DNA from: Myxococcota bacterium
Lineage (GTDB): Bacteria > Myxococcota_A > UBA9160 > JAFDDA01
Assembly: GCA_965228475.1 (NCBI GenBank)
Contig: OZ245817.1
Coordinates: 4,000,001 to 4,064,000, forward strand
DNA: 64,000 nt
Direction: 5' to 3'
This document shows, piece after piece, positions 27,382-36,512 of this stretch; the stretch's first letter is position 1, and each line of letters opens with the position of its first letter. The notes below the pieces were generated by a model, which did no database searches, was not told the origin of the DNA, and was given only the letters and a program-made list of their open reading frames with translations. Both the position numbers and the translations under genes were made by a program.

Positions 27382-28605
27382 CTAGCGGGAGAGCAGATCC
27401 CGCGCGATCGCACGGATCTGCATCTCGTCCGTGCCCGCGTAGATCTGCATCACCTTCGCGTCGCGCGCGAGCTGCTCGACCTTGTACTCGGCCATGTAGC
27501 CGTTGCCGCCGAAGAGCTGCACCGCCTCGAGACAGACCTCGGTGCAGATTTGCGCCGAGTAGAGCTTCATGGCCGAGGCCTCGGCGAAGGTCATGGACTT
27601 GCCCTGCTCGCTCATCTCGATCTGCCGGAAGATCATGTTCTGCACGTTCATCCGGGCGACTTCCATCTTCGCGAGCTTCAGCTGGATGAGCTGGTACTCG
27701 CCGATGGGCTTCCCGAAGGAGACGCGGTTCTTCGCGTAGTCGATGCTGTACTCGAGGCACTGCTCGATGATGCCGAGGGCCATCGCCGCCACGCCCGAGC
27801 GCTCGATCGAGAACGTGTCCTTCGCGCCGGACTTGCCCTCGGCCCGGTTCTCGGACTCCCCGATCAGCCGGTCCTTGCCGACGCGAACGTCCTGGAGGAA
27901 GAGCTCTCCCGTCGGCGAGGAGTGCATGCCCATCTTCTTCATCGGCTTGGTCTGCTCGAAGCCGGGCATGCCGCGGTCGAGGATGAAGGAGACCATCTTG
28001 CGGTCTTCGGGCTCGACCCCCGGCTCGTCGAGCTTGCAGATGAAGACGGTCGTGTCCGCGTAGGGCCCGTTCGTGATGAAGGTCTTGTTGCCGTTCAGCA
28101 CGTACTCGTCGCCGTCGCGCCGCGCCGTGGCCTTCATCCCGCCGAAGGCATCGGAGCCCGAGCCCGGCTCGGTGATCGCCCAGGCGCCGATCTTGTCGAG
28201 GGTGAGGATCGGAAGGGCCCACTTCTCCTTCTGGGCCGTCGTCCCCTTCGAGAGGATCGCGCCGGCCGTGAGCCCCACGGAGACGCCCATGGCCGTCACC
28301 ATGCCCGGGCAATAGCGGCAGAGCTCGATGATCGGGATCAGCATCATCGCGCCCCCGCCGCCGCCTTCCTTGCCTGCGGACTTCGCGTCCTTCTTCGACT
28401 TGCCGGCCTTCTCGGCCGCGATCTGCTTCTCGAAGCGGGTGCGCGCGAGCTCGTCCATGCCGAAGGTCGAGTACATCTTGCGCAGGATGTCGTAGGGCGG
28501 GAGATCGCCGTGCTCGAGCGCCTCCTGGTTCGGCTTGATCTCTTCCTCCACGAAGCGCTGGAACGCGTCGCGGATCATCAGGTGCTGCTCACTCCACTCG
28601 ATCAT
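27382..28605 (-). CDS. Acyl-CoA dehydrogenase
   Basis: AWAITEPGSGSD, LNGNKTFITNG, QLFGGNGY, IYAGTDEMQ; TATAAT at 28638-28643 and AGGAG SD. Confidence 0.96.
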   Translation of the reverse strand: MIEWSEQHLMIRDAFQRFVEEEIKPNQEALEHGDLPPYDILRKMYSTFGMDELARTRFEKQIAAEKAGKSKKDAKSAGKEGGGGGAMMLIPIIELCRYCPGMVTAMGVSVGLTAGAILSKGTTAQKEKWALPILTLDKIGAWAITEPGSGSDAFGGMKATARRDGDEYVLNGNKTFITNGPYADTTVFICKLDEPGVEPEDRKMVSFILDRGMPGFEQTKPMKKMGMHSSPTGELFLQDVRVGKDRLIGESENRAEGKSGAKDTFSIERSGVAAMALGIIEQCLEYSIDYAKNRVSFGKPIGEYQLIQLKLAKMEVARMNVQNMIFRQIEMSEQGKSMTFAEASAMKLYSAQICTEVCLEAVQLFGGNGYMAEYKVEQLARDAKVMQIYAGTDEMQIRAIARDLLSR

Positions 28606-28638
28606 CGGGGTCTCCTGGACGGGATGGGCGGATCCGCA

Positions 28639-29106
28639 TTATAGGAGGTCTTCGAGCCGCGCCCGCTGCCAGTCCGCGCTGGTGACCGTCCATTGCCCCT
28701 CGCGCAGGGCGAACTCGAGGTCCACCCAGAGGAGGTCCGCGGCGGCGTCCGCGAGGGCTTCGAGGGCCGGGATGGGGCGGCCGGCGGTGCCGACCAGGAC
28801 GTGCGCCCGGGCGCGGCCCTTCGGGTCGACCTCGATCTCCGCCACGCGGACGAGCAGGTGGATGCGCTCGTTGCGCAGGAAGTGCAGCCGCAGGAAGCCG
28901 AGGAGCTCCGCGCGGTCCCGGCCGAAGCGATCGCTGTAATCCGGAGCGATGCGCGCCTTCAGCGCGACGAGGTCCTTCGCCTGGGCCTCGAGCTCGGCGG
29001 CGGTGATCATCGCGCGCACCTGCTCCTCGGGCGAGAGTTCGTTCCGGCCGCACGCCCCGAGCACGAGGGCGAAGGCGACCAGCCCGCACGCCGCGAGCCG
29101 CGTCAT
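28639..29106 (-). CDS. Hypothetical lipoprotein (NTF2-like)
   Basis: Lipobox LGAC; IAPDYSD...W.V..ADW pattern. Confidence 0.65.
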   Translation of the reverse strand: MTRLAACGLVAFALVLGACGRNELSPEEQVRAMITAAELEAQAKDLVALKARIAPDYSDRFGRDRAELLGFLRLHFLRNERIHLLVRVAEIEVDPKGRARAHVLVGTAGRPIPALEALADAAADLLWVDLEFALREGQWTVTSADWQRARLEDLL

Positions 29107-30272
29107 GCGGACGCCCGCCGCAAGGTGAGCTCGCTGATCTCCGCCGGAGCGAGCAGTCGGATCGGCGGGCCCCAGAAACCGGTCCCGCGGCTCACGAAGC
29201 AGTGCGCGGCGCCGTCGCGGTAGAGGCCGGCCACCCACGGGATGACCGCGCGCACGAGGTAGACGAAGGGCCAGATCTGGCCGCCGTGGGTATGGCCGGA
29301 GATCTGCAGGTCGATGCCGGCGCGGCGCGCCTTGCGGAACGTGCTCGGATCGTGGGCGAGGAGCACGCACGCCCGCGAGGCTTCGCGGCCCGCGAGCGCC
29401 GCCGGCAGGTCCTCGCCGGGGCCGCGCGTGTAGCCGCCGGAGCGGTGGTCCTCGACGCCGGCGAGGTCGAAGGCGGCGTCTCCCTCGCCGAGGGTCACGT
29501 GCTCGTTACGCAGCACGCGCCACCCGAGGCCGCGCACCTCCTCGACCCAGGGGTCGACGCCGGAGAAGTAGTCGTGGTTGCCGGTGACGAAGAAGACGCC
29601 GTCGCGTCCGCGCAGGCCGGCGAAGGGCGCGACCTCCTCGGTCAGGCGCTCGACGCGCCCGTCGACGAGATCGCCCGTCACGACCACGAGGTCCGGGTCA
29701 AGCGCGTTCACGCGGTCGACGAGGTGCTGCGAGAAGCGGCGGTCGAGGATCGGGCCGATGTGGATGTCGGTGATCTGGACGATGCGGTAGCCGTCGCGCG
29801 CCGCGGGCCAGCGCGGGAGCGGGACGTCGACCCGGTTCACGGCCGGCGGTGCCAGGGCGCCGCGCATGCCGGCCGCGGCGGCGAGCCCCGCGACGCCGGC
29901 CACGGTGAAGGCGCGCAGCCGGGCCGCGCCGACTTCGTCTCCCCCCGCGGCACCGAGCAGGCCCATCACCAGCTCCGAGGCCCCGAGACCGACGAGCAGC
30001 AGGAACGCCACCCCCATCCACACGGCCGCCGGCCAGGCGATGGCCCGGGAAACGGCGAGCGGCGCCGTCCGCTGGGCGATCGGCTCGGCGAAGATGCTCG
30101 CCGCGCAGAGCGCCATCAGAACGAGGAGCCCGGTCTCGAGGGCCGGCGGGAGCGCCGGATCGAAGATCAGCCGCTGGGCGAGGTAGAGGTGTCCGCCCAC
30201 GAAGACCGTGGACGCCACCGCCAGGAACACGAGCCCGATCACGATTCGCTTCAGGACCTTGGATCGCTTCAT
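29103..30272 (-). CDS. Membrane-anchored metallophosphoesterase (YkuE-like)
   Basis: TDIH, TGDLVD, GNHD, LAHDP, SGHTHGGQ; N-terminal transmembrane segments. Confidence 0.93.
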   Translation of the reverse strand: MKRSKVLKRIVIGLVFLAVASTVFVGGHLYLAQRLIFDPALPPALETGLLVLMALCAASIFAEPIAQRTAPLAVSRAIAWPAAVWMGVAFLLLVGLGASELVMGLLGAAGGDEVGAARLRAFTVAGVAGLAAAAGMRGALAPPAVNRVDVPLPRWPAARDGYRIVQITDIHIGPILDRRFSQHLVDRVNALDPDLVVVTGDLVDGRVERLTEEVAPFAGLRGRDGVFFVTGNHDYFSGVDPWVEEVRGLGWRVLRNEHVTLGEGDAAFDLAGVEDHRSGGYTRGPGEDLPAALAGREASRACVLLAHDPSTFRKARRAGIDLQISGHTHGGQIWPFVYLVRAVIPWVAGLYRDGAAHCFVSRGTGFWGPPIRLLAPAEISELTLRRASA

Positions 30273-30396
30273 TGGCCTTCTCGATGGCGCCCGGGGCCGG
30301 CGCGAGGGCTGCCGGGCCCCGTCTGTTTAGCCTAGCTTCCGGCGGCGTCACGTCGGGCCCTCGCACGGGCTCCGCGCGCGTCTCGCCGGGGGAGCC

Positions 30397-31881
30397 ATGG
30401 GCCAGAACATCGACCAGGAGGAGTTCAGCGCCGAAGACTACGAGCGCTACGCCCAGCGTCTCGAAGACGGCCTGGCCGCCCTCCAGAGCGTCCTGTCCCG
30501 GGCGACCTTCGGCCACGGCGAGCCCTCGATCGGCGCCGAGCTCGAGCTGAACCTCGTCGATGCCAAGGGCGACCCGCTCGGCGAGAACCAGGCCGTCCTG
30601 GCGGCGGCCGACGACCCGCGCCTGACCGTCGAGCTGAACCGCTTCAACCTGGAATGCAACGCGAGCCCGCAGCCCCTGGCCGGGCGTCCCTTCCAGGCGA
30701 TGCGGGAGGAGTTCGAACACCTGCTCGGGCGCCTGCGCGGGGGCGCCGCGCGCAGCGACGGCCGACTCGCCATGGTCGGGATCCTGCCGACGCTCCGGGA
30801 GAGCGACTTCTCCGCCGGCAACCAGACGATGACCGACGTCGCCCGCTTCCGCGCGCTCTCGGCCGGCGTCCGCCGCCTTCGCCAGCAGGCCTTCGAGATC
30901 AAGATCGACGGCGACGAGCCCCTCGAGTTCGAGGCCGAGGACGTCACCGTCGAAGGCGCGAACACGGGCTTCCAGGTCCACCTGCGCACGGAGCCCGGCG
31001 AGTTCGTCGACCTCTACAACGCCGTGCAGATCGCGACGGCGCCGGTCCTTGCCGCCGCTTCGAACTCGCCGATCTTCCTCGGCCACCGGCTCTGGCGCGA
31101 GACCCGCATCGCCCTGTTCAAGCAGTCCGTCGACGAGCGCCACGAATCCTGGGACGCCTGGCGGCCGCCGCGCGTCTCCCTCGGCAACGGCTGGACGCGG
31201 GAGGGCGCCTTCGAGCTGTTCCAGGAGACCGTCGCGCTGCACGCGCCGCTGCTGCCCGTGGTCGGCGACGAAGACCCGCTCGAGTGCATCGCCGCCGGCG
31301 GCGTCCCGCGCCTCGACGAGATCCGTCTGCACCACGGCACGGTCTGGCGCTGGAACCGCGGCGTCTACGACCCGAAGGGCGGCGGCCACCTGCGCATCGA
31401 GATGCGCTCGCTCCCGGCCGGGCCGACCGTGACGGACATGCTCGCAAACGCCGCCCTGCACATCGGCCTCGCCATCGGGCTGCAGGAAGAGTCGGACTGG
31501 ATGACGACCGCCCTCCCCTTCAAGTACGCCGAGCGCAATCTCTACCGGGCGGCCCAGTCGGGTCTCGGCGCGATGCTGCTCTGGCCCTCGCGCAAGCCGC
31601 CGTCGCCGAAGCCCGTTCCCGTCTCGTCGCTGATTCTCGAACTGCTTCCGGTGGCGCGGCGCGGGCTCGAGCGCGGCGGCGTCGATGCGAGCGAGATCGA
31701 CGAGGCCCTCGGCGTGATCGAGGAGCGCGTGCGCAGCCGGCAGACCGGCGCGGACTGGCAGCTCGCCCGCCTCGCCCACTACGACGAGCGCTTCGACCGC
31801 AAGGACGCGCTCCGGGCGATGCTCGCGGAATACCTCGAGCTCCAGGATTCGGGGCGTCCGGTCGCCCACTGGCCGGCCTGA
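30397..31881 (+). CDS. Glutamate--cysteine ligase family 2 (GCS2) protein
   Basis: IGAELELNLVD, FQVHL, NSP, HHGTVWRWNR, HLRIEMRSLPAGPT. Confidence 0.85.
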   Translation: MGQNIDQEEFSAEDYERYAQRLEDGLAALQSVLSRATFGHGEPSIGAELELNLVDAKGDPLGENQAVLAAADDPRLTVELNRFNLECNASPQPLAGRPFQAMREEFEHLLGRLRGGAARSDGRLAMVGILPTLRESDFSAGNQTMTDVARFRALSAGVRRLRQQAFEIKIDGDEPLEFEAEDVTVEGANTGFQVHLRTEPGEFVDLYNAVQIATAPVLAAASNSPIFLGHRLWRETRIALFKQSVDERHESWDAWRPPRVSLGNGWTREGAFELFQETVALHAPLLPVVGDEDPLECIAAGGVPRLDEIRLHHGTVWRWNRGVYDPKGGGHLRIEMRSLPAGPTVTDMLANAALHIGLAIGLQEESDWMTTALPFKYAERNLYRAAQSGLGAMLLWPSRKPPSPKPVPVSSLILELLPVARRGLERGGVDASEIDEALGVIEERVRSRQTGADWQLARLAHYDERFDRKDALRAMLAEYLELQDSGRPVAHWPA

Positions 31882-31908
31882 GCGGCCGGAAGAGCCGGGG
31901 CGCGCCGC

Positions 31909-32907
31909 CTACCAGCCGCGCAGATCGACGGGCCAGGTCTCGAGGACGGTCTCGCCGTCGACGACGTGCATCGCTTCGTGCTTGGCGACGGTCGGGTCGA
32001 TGTGGGCGGGGACGACGCGCACGAGATCGCCGACTTCCGGCTTGGGCTGCCCCTCTTCCGCGTTGAAGGTCAGGTGCTCGTCCGAGCAGAACCAGACCTT
32101 CGCGCCTTCGATCGTCGGGTTGCCGTGGTCGAGCGCCAGGGACTTCAAGCCCGCGTTCGCGACGGCCCACGCCGGAGAAACCGAGACGACCGTCGAGAGG
32201 ACCGTGAGCGCCTGGCGGAACCCCTGCCCGAGCTTCTGGTAGTCCGTGTCCATCAGCGAGTAGGAGCCGGCCTGGATCTCGTTCGCCCAGGTGTTGATGT
32301 CGTAGGTGCCGGTCCCGCCGGCGGAGATGACGTCGCCCCCGGTCTCCTTGTGGGCGGCGAGGAGCTTCTCCATCGCCACGCGCGTGGCCTCGACGCGATC
32401 GTTCCGGTCCTGGACCGGCATCACGTGCCCCTCGTAGCCCATCACCCCGCGCACCTCGAGGCCGGCCTTGCGGGCGCGGTCGGCGATGCGTCCGGCGTCC
32501 TCGGGCGCACAGCCGCAGCGCGGCAGGCCGACGTTCACGTCGACGAGCACCTCCCGAACGCCCCCGCGCGCCGCGGCATCGACCGTGGCGTCGGAGTCGA
32601 CCGCGACGGTCACGCGCGCGTCGATCTTGCCGAGGCGCGTGGCGTCGAGCACCTCGTTCGCGAGCAGCAGGTCCTCGCCGAGGCCGGCCTCCGCCATGCC
32701 TTCCATCTCGCGGATCGTCGCGCAGCAGAAGGTCTTGTGGCCGAGCTCGGCCTGACGCTTCGCCAGTGCGGTGCACTTCGTGGCCTTCACGTGGGGACGC
32801 AGGCGGGCGCCGGGCAGGGCTTCGCTCATGGTCCGCAGGTTGTGATCGAATGCAGCGGCATCGACCAGGAGCGCCGGGGTCACGAGGTCGTGGATGGTGG
32901 TCGCCAT
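31909..32907 (-). CDS. DSD1/alanine-racemase-fold PLP enzyme (D-threonine aldolase-like)
   Basis: TPALLVD, LRPHVKATKC, MGYEGH, SAGGTGT, EIQAGSY, SDEH. Confidence 0.88.
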   Translation of the reverse strand: MATTIHDLVTPALLVDAAAFDHNLRTMSEALPGARLRPHVKATKCTALAKRQAELGHKTFCCATIREMEGMAEAGLGEDLLLANEVLDATRLGKIDARVTVAVDSDATVDAAARGGVREVLVDVNVGLPRCGCAPEDAGRIADRARKAGLEVRGVMGYEGHVMPVQDRNDRVEATRVAMEKLLAAHKETGGDVISAGGTGTYDINTWANEIQAGSYSLMDTDYQKLGQGFRQALTVLSTVVSVSPAWAVANAGLKSLALDHGNPTIEGAKVWFCSDEHLTFNAEEGQPKPEVGDLVRVVPAHIDPTVAKHEAMHVVDGETVLETWPVDLRGW

Positions 32908-32916
32908 GGGCGGAGC

Positions 32917-33525
32917 TTACACGTCTCCGAGGCCGCCGATGCACGCTCCACAGCGATAGCGCTCGACGAGGCCAGCGGTGGTCAGGGCGACGTGGGCCTG
33001 ACTGCCCGCCGCGAGGGCCTCTCCGCAGTCACAGCGCTGGTTCGCCGCCAGCACCAGGGGCTGCCAGCCGAGAATCGCCGGCTCCGTCGGGGATGCCGGC
33101 CGCGGCTGCGGACGCTCCGCCGCCTCCGGGGCACGCGTGGCTTCCGGCCGCTCCGACCTCGCCCTGGCCGCCCGCGCTGCGGACGTCCAGCGCCCGCGGC
33201 CCCGCTCGGGCGCCGCATCGCGGCGGAGGCGTTCGGCCACCTCCTCCGCCCCTTCGACGACGTCGTCGATCAGCTCGCCGAGATCCCCGCCGACGGCCTC
33301 ACTGACCGCGTCCGCGACGGAGACGGCTTCCTCGAGCACGTTGCGCACGAGGTTCGAGACCGGGACGCGGAGCTCCTCGGCCGCCCGGCGCAGGTCGGCT
33401 TCGAGGTCCTCGGAGATGCGGGTATGGAGGATCCGCTCCTTGCGGCGACGTCGGCGCTCCCGGCGCCCCTCACGGTCCGCCTGGTCCGTCCGCCCCCTGC
33501 CCTCTCCGCGCCCTCGCTCGCTCAT
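32917..33525 (-). CDS. Hypothetical protein: ribbon-helix-helix-like N-terminus plus C-terminal CxC...CxxC
   Basis: KERILHTRISEDLEADLRRAAEELRVPVSNLVRNVL; RCDCGE...RCGAC. Confidence 0.65.
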   Translation of the reverse strand: MSERGRGEGRGRTDQADREGRRERRRRRKERILHTRISEDLEADLRRAAEELRVPVSNLVRNVLEEAVSVADAVSEAVGGDLGELIDDVVEGAEEVAERLRRDAAPERGRGRWTSAARAARARSERPEATRAPEAAERPQPRPASPTEPAILGWQPLVLAANQRCDCGEALAAGSQAHVALTTAGLVERYRCGACIGGLGDV

Positions 33526-33548
33526 GGTCGAGAATGTATGACAATGTA

Positions 33549-34211
33549 TTACGCTTTCCAAGGCCCCCGGAGCTCGGGACTCGTGAGCACCCGGTGGAAG
33601 GGCCCGCCGCCGCTGGCGGCGACCGCCCTCAGCAGGTCTTCCGGGGCGAAGCCGGGGCCGGAATCCTCGTGTTCCCAGGCGTCGCGCCCGGCCTGGGCCA
33701 GGAGCCACGGCGCCCAGGCCGCGAGACGGCGCTCGAGCCGCCGCTCGCAGAGCCAGCCCGGGGACACCACCTCCAGGGCGATCGCCCGGTCGTGCAGGGA
33801 GAGCACGAAGCCGACCTGCCCCTCCTCGGGACGAAACGCCGCGACCAGCGCTTCGACGCAGTGCGGACACGGCCGCTCGCTCGACGCCGCGGCCAGGGAG
33901 AGGCTCACCGCGCAGTGCGGCGGGATGAGCCGGCTCTCGGCGGCCACCCCTGCCCCGCCGAGCGGCTCCCCGGCCAGGAGGACGACCGGCAGCGCCGCCC
34001 GGTTCGTCACACGGACCGCCTCGGCGGGGGCCGCGCCGGCCGCGCCCTCCGAAGTCTCCCGCGACAGGCTCGCGACGGAGAGGAAGCCGTCCTCGAGGGC
34101 CGTCTCGACGGGCCAGACCTCGAGCGGCGAAACCGCACTCGACTCCGCCACGAGGGGCCAGAGCGTGACCTCCTTGTCCACCTGCCGCCGCGCGAGCCGA
34201 ACACCCTGCAT
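33549..34211 (-). CDS. Divergent ARPP-1/DUF6569-like protein
   Basis: TLWPL, VRVTNRAALPVVLLAGEPLGG, GQVGFVL; AGGAGG SD. Confidence 0.5.
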   Translation of the reverse strand: MQGVRLARRQVDKEVTLWPLVAESSAVSPLEVWPVETALEDGFLSVASLSRETSEGAAGAAPAEAVRVTNRAALPVVLLAGEPLGGAGVAAESRLIPPHCAVSLSLAAASSERPCPHCVEALVAAFRPEEGQVGFVLSLHDRAIALEVVSPGWLCERRLERRLAAWAPWLLAQAGRDAWEHEDSGPGFAPEDLLRAVAASGGGPFHRVLTSPELRGPWKA

Positions 34212-34429
34212 CGATTCCTCCTACTCCTGCGTCTGCGCAACGTGGACCCGAGGCCGGGCCCACGCCGCCGCGAATGGCTGGGGCAGCGGGGGAAGCCCTC
34301 GCGTCGCAACGGCACGACGCCGCGGACGCTGCGCGCGCGGGGCGCTGCCCACGAACCAGAACATGGAGGGGTGCTGTGACAAGGGCGGTCACGCCGGCGA
34401 ACCGACAGGACCGCGACGGGGCCGGGCGC

Positions 34430-35347
34430 CTACAGATAGGTCAGCCAGTCCTCGTACTTGGCGTCGCGGCCGGCGACGATGCCGAAGAAGGCATCCTGGA
34501 GCGTCTTCGTGATCGGCCCGCGGCTCCCGCTGCCGATCGCTCGCCGGTCGAGCTCGCGCACGGGCGTGAGCTCCGCGGCCGTACCGGTCAGGAACATCTC
34601 GTCGGCGACGTAGCACTCGTCGCGCGTGATCTCCGCCTCGGTGACCTCAATGCCCCGATCGCGCGCGATCTTCATCACGACCTCGCGCGTGAGACCGGCG
34701 AGGATCGTCGGCAGCGGCGGCGTGCGGATCGCGCCGTCGCGCACGATGAAGACGTTCTCGCCGCTGGCCTCGGAGACGCGGCCGTCGGTATCGAGCATCA
34801 CCGCTTCGTCGTAGCCGTCGAGCAGCGCCTCGCGCTTGGCGAGGATCGAGTTCACGTAGTCGCCGCAGGTCTTGCCCTTGGTCATCTTCGCTGCGGGGTG
34901 GTTGCGCGGGAAGGTCGAGACCTTCGCCCGGATGCCGCGCTCCATGCCTTCCTCGCCGAGATAGGCGCCCCAGGGATAGGCGATCACCGCGAGCCGGATC
35001 GGGTTCTCGGCGGGGTTCAGGCCCATGGCGCCGTCGCCGACGAAGACGAGCGGCCGCACGTAGCCCTCGGTGAGCGAGTTCGCGCGGATCGTCTCGAGGA
35101 TGGCGTCGTTGACCTGCGCTTCGCTGAACGGGATCTCCATCAGGTTGATATGGGCGGAGTCGAACAGGCGCCGGGTGTGGTCCTGCAGGCGGAAGACCGC
35201 CGAACGGCCATCCTCGGTGGCGTAGCAGCGCAGCCCCTCGAAGACGCCGAGGCCGTAGTGGAGCGTGTGCGTCAGGATGTGGACGTTGGCCTGGTCCCAG
35301 GCCACGAGCTCGCCGTCGAGCCAGATCTTCTCACCGGTGATCGCCAT
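34430..35347 (-). CDS. ilvE: Branched-chain amino acid aminotransferase
   Basis: HTLHYGLGVFEG, EASGENVF, ILAGLTR, GTAAELTP. Confidence 0.96.
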   Translation of the reverse strand: MAITGEKIWLDGELVAWDQANVHILTHTLHYGLGVFEGLRCYATEDGRSAVFRLQDHTRRLFDSAHINLMEIPFSEAQVNDAILETIRANSLTEGYVRPLVFVGDGAMGLNPAENPIRLAVIAYPWGAYLGEEGMERGIRAKVSTFPRNHPAAKMTKGKTCGDYVNSILAKREALLDGYDEAVMLDTDGRVSEASGENVFIVRDGAIRTPPLPTILAGLTREVVMKIARDRGIEVTEAEITRDECYVADEMFLTGTAAELTPVRELDRRAIGSGSRGPITKTLQDAFFGIVAGRDAKYEDWLTYL

Positions 35348-35460
35348 GGGAGCCTCCGACGAAGGAACGATCGCAGCGGCGGGAACCGGCCTCGTCCGCA
35401 GCGGAGGTGGATCCTACCGCGTTCGAGTCGAGCCGGGGCTGCGTTCGGGGCGAGCCGAGG

Positions 35461-36510
35461 CTACCCGGACCGGCCGAGTTTCGCGGCGTCGAAGGGGGGC
35501 CGAAGCAGGCCGCGGTCCGTGACCCAGGCCGAAACGAGACGGGCCGGCGTGACGTCGAAGGCCGGGTGCCGGACGGGGACGTCGGCCGGCACCAGTTCGT
35601 TGCCGCCGAGCTGCGCGACCTCTGCGCGCCCCCGCTCTTCGATGGGAATCGCGTTGCCGTCGGGCGTATCCGGGTCGAAGGTCGCGACGGGCGCGGCGAC
35701 GTAGAACGGGACGTCGTGGGCGCGGGCCAGCACGGCCACACCGTAGGTCCCGATCTTGTTCGCGACGTCGCCGTTGCGGGCCACGCGGTCGGCCCCGACG
35801 ACGACGAGGTCGACCTCGCCCCGCGCCATGAAGTGGGCCGCCATGCCGTCGGTGATGACGGTGACGGGGATGTCGTCGCGCGCGAGCTCCCAGGCGGTCA
35901 GCCGCGCGCCCTGCAGGAAGGGCCTCGTCTCGTCCGCGAGCACCGCCGGCTTGCGGCCCGCCGCCGCGGCCGCGCGAACGACGCCGAGCGCGGTCCCCGA
36001 GCCCGCGGTCGCGAGCGCCCCGGCGTTGCAGTGGGTGAGGATGCGCGCGCCTTGCGGAACGAGCTCGAGGCCCGCCTCGCCGATCTGCCGGCAGGACGCC
36101 ACGTCCTCGGCAACGAGCGCCTCCGCTTCCGCGCCGAGCGCCGCACGGACCGAGGCCAACGTCGCGCCCTCGGCTCCGACGGCTTCGCCGAGACGCCGGC
36201 GCATACGGTCGATCGCGTAGAAGAGGTTGACCGCGGTCGGGCGCGTGGCCTCGAGCCGCTGGCAGGCCGACTCGACGTCGCGAACGAGGCCGGGGACGTC
36301 CGCCGCCTCGCTCCGCCGCGCCGCCAGCGCGACGCCGTGGGCCGCCGTACAGCCGATGGCCGGCGCGCCGCGGACGACGAGATCCTCGATGGCCCGCGCC
36401 ACCGCCTCGGCATCGTGCAGCTCGAGGATGCGCTCCTCCGCCGGAAGGAGGCGCTGGTCGAGCAGCTCGACGGCGTTCTCCCGCGCGCGCAGGGTGAACC
36501 ACTCGGCCAC
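35461..36510 (-). CDS. mtnA: S-methyl-5-thioribose-1-phosphate isomerase
   Basis: LDQRLLP, VRGAPAIG, RPTAVNL, LTHCNAGALAT, ETRPFLQGARLT, NKIGTY. Confidence 0.96.
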   Translation of the reverse strand: MAEWFTLRARENAVELLDQRLLPAEERILELHDAEAVARAIEDLVVRGAPAIGCTAAHGVALAARRSEAADVPGLVRDVESACQRLEATRPTAVNLFYAIDRMRRRLGEAVGAEGATLASVRAALGAEAEALVAEDVASCRQIGEAGLELVPQGARILTHCNAGALATAGSGTALGVVRAAAAAGRKPAVLADETRPFLQGARLTAWELARDDIPVTVITDGMAAHFMARGEVDLVVVGADRVARNGDVANKIGTYGVAVLARAHDVPFYVAAPVATFDPDTPDGNAIPIEERGRAEVAQLGGNELVPADVPVRHPAFDVTPARLVSAWVTDRGLLRPPFDAAKLGRSG

Positions 36511-36512
36511 GG

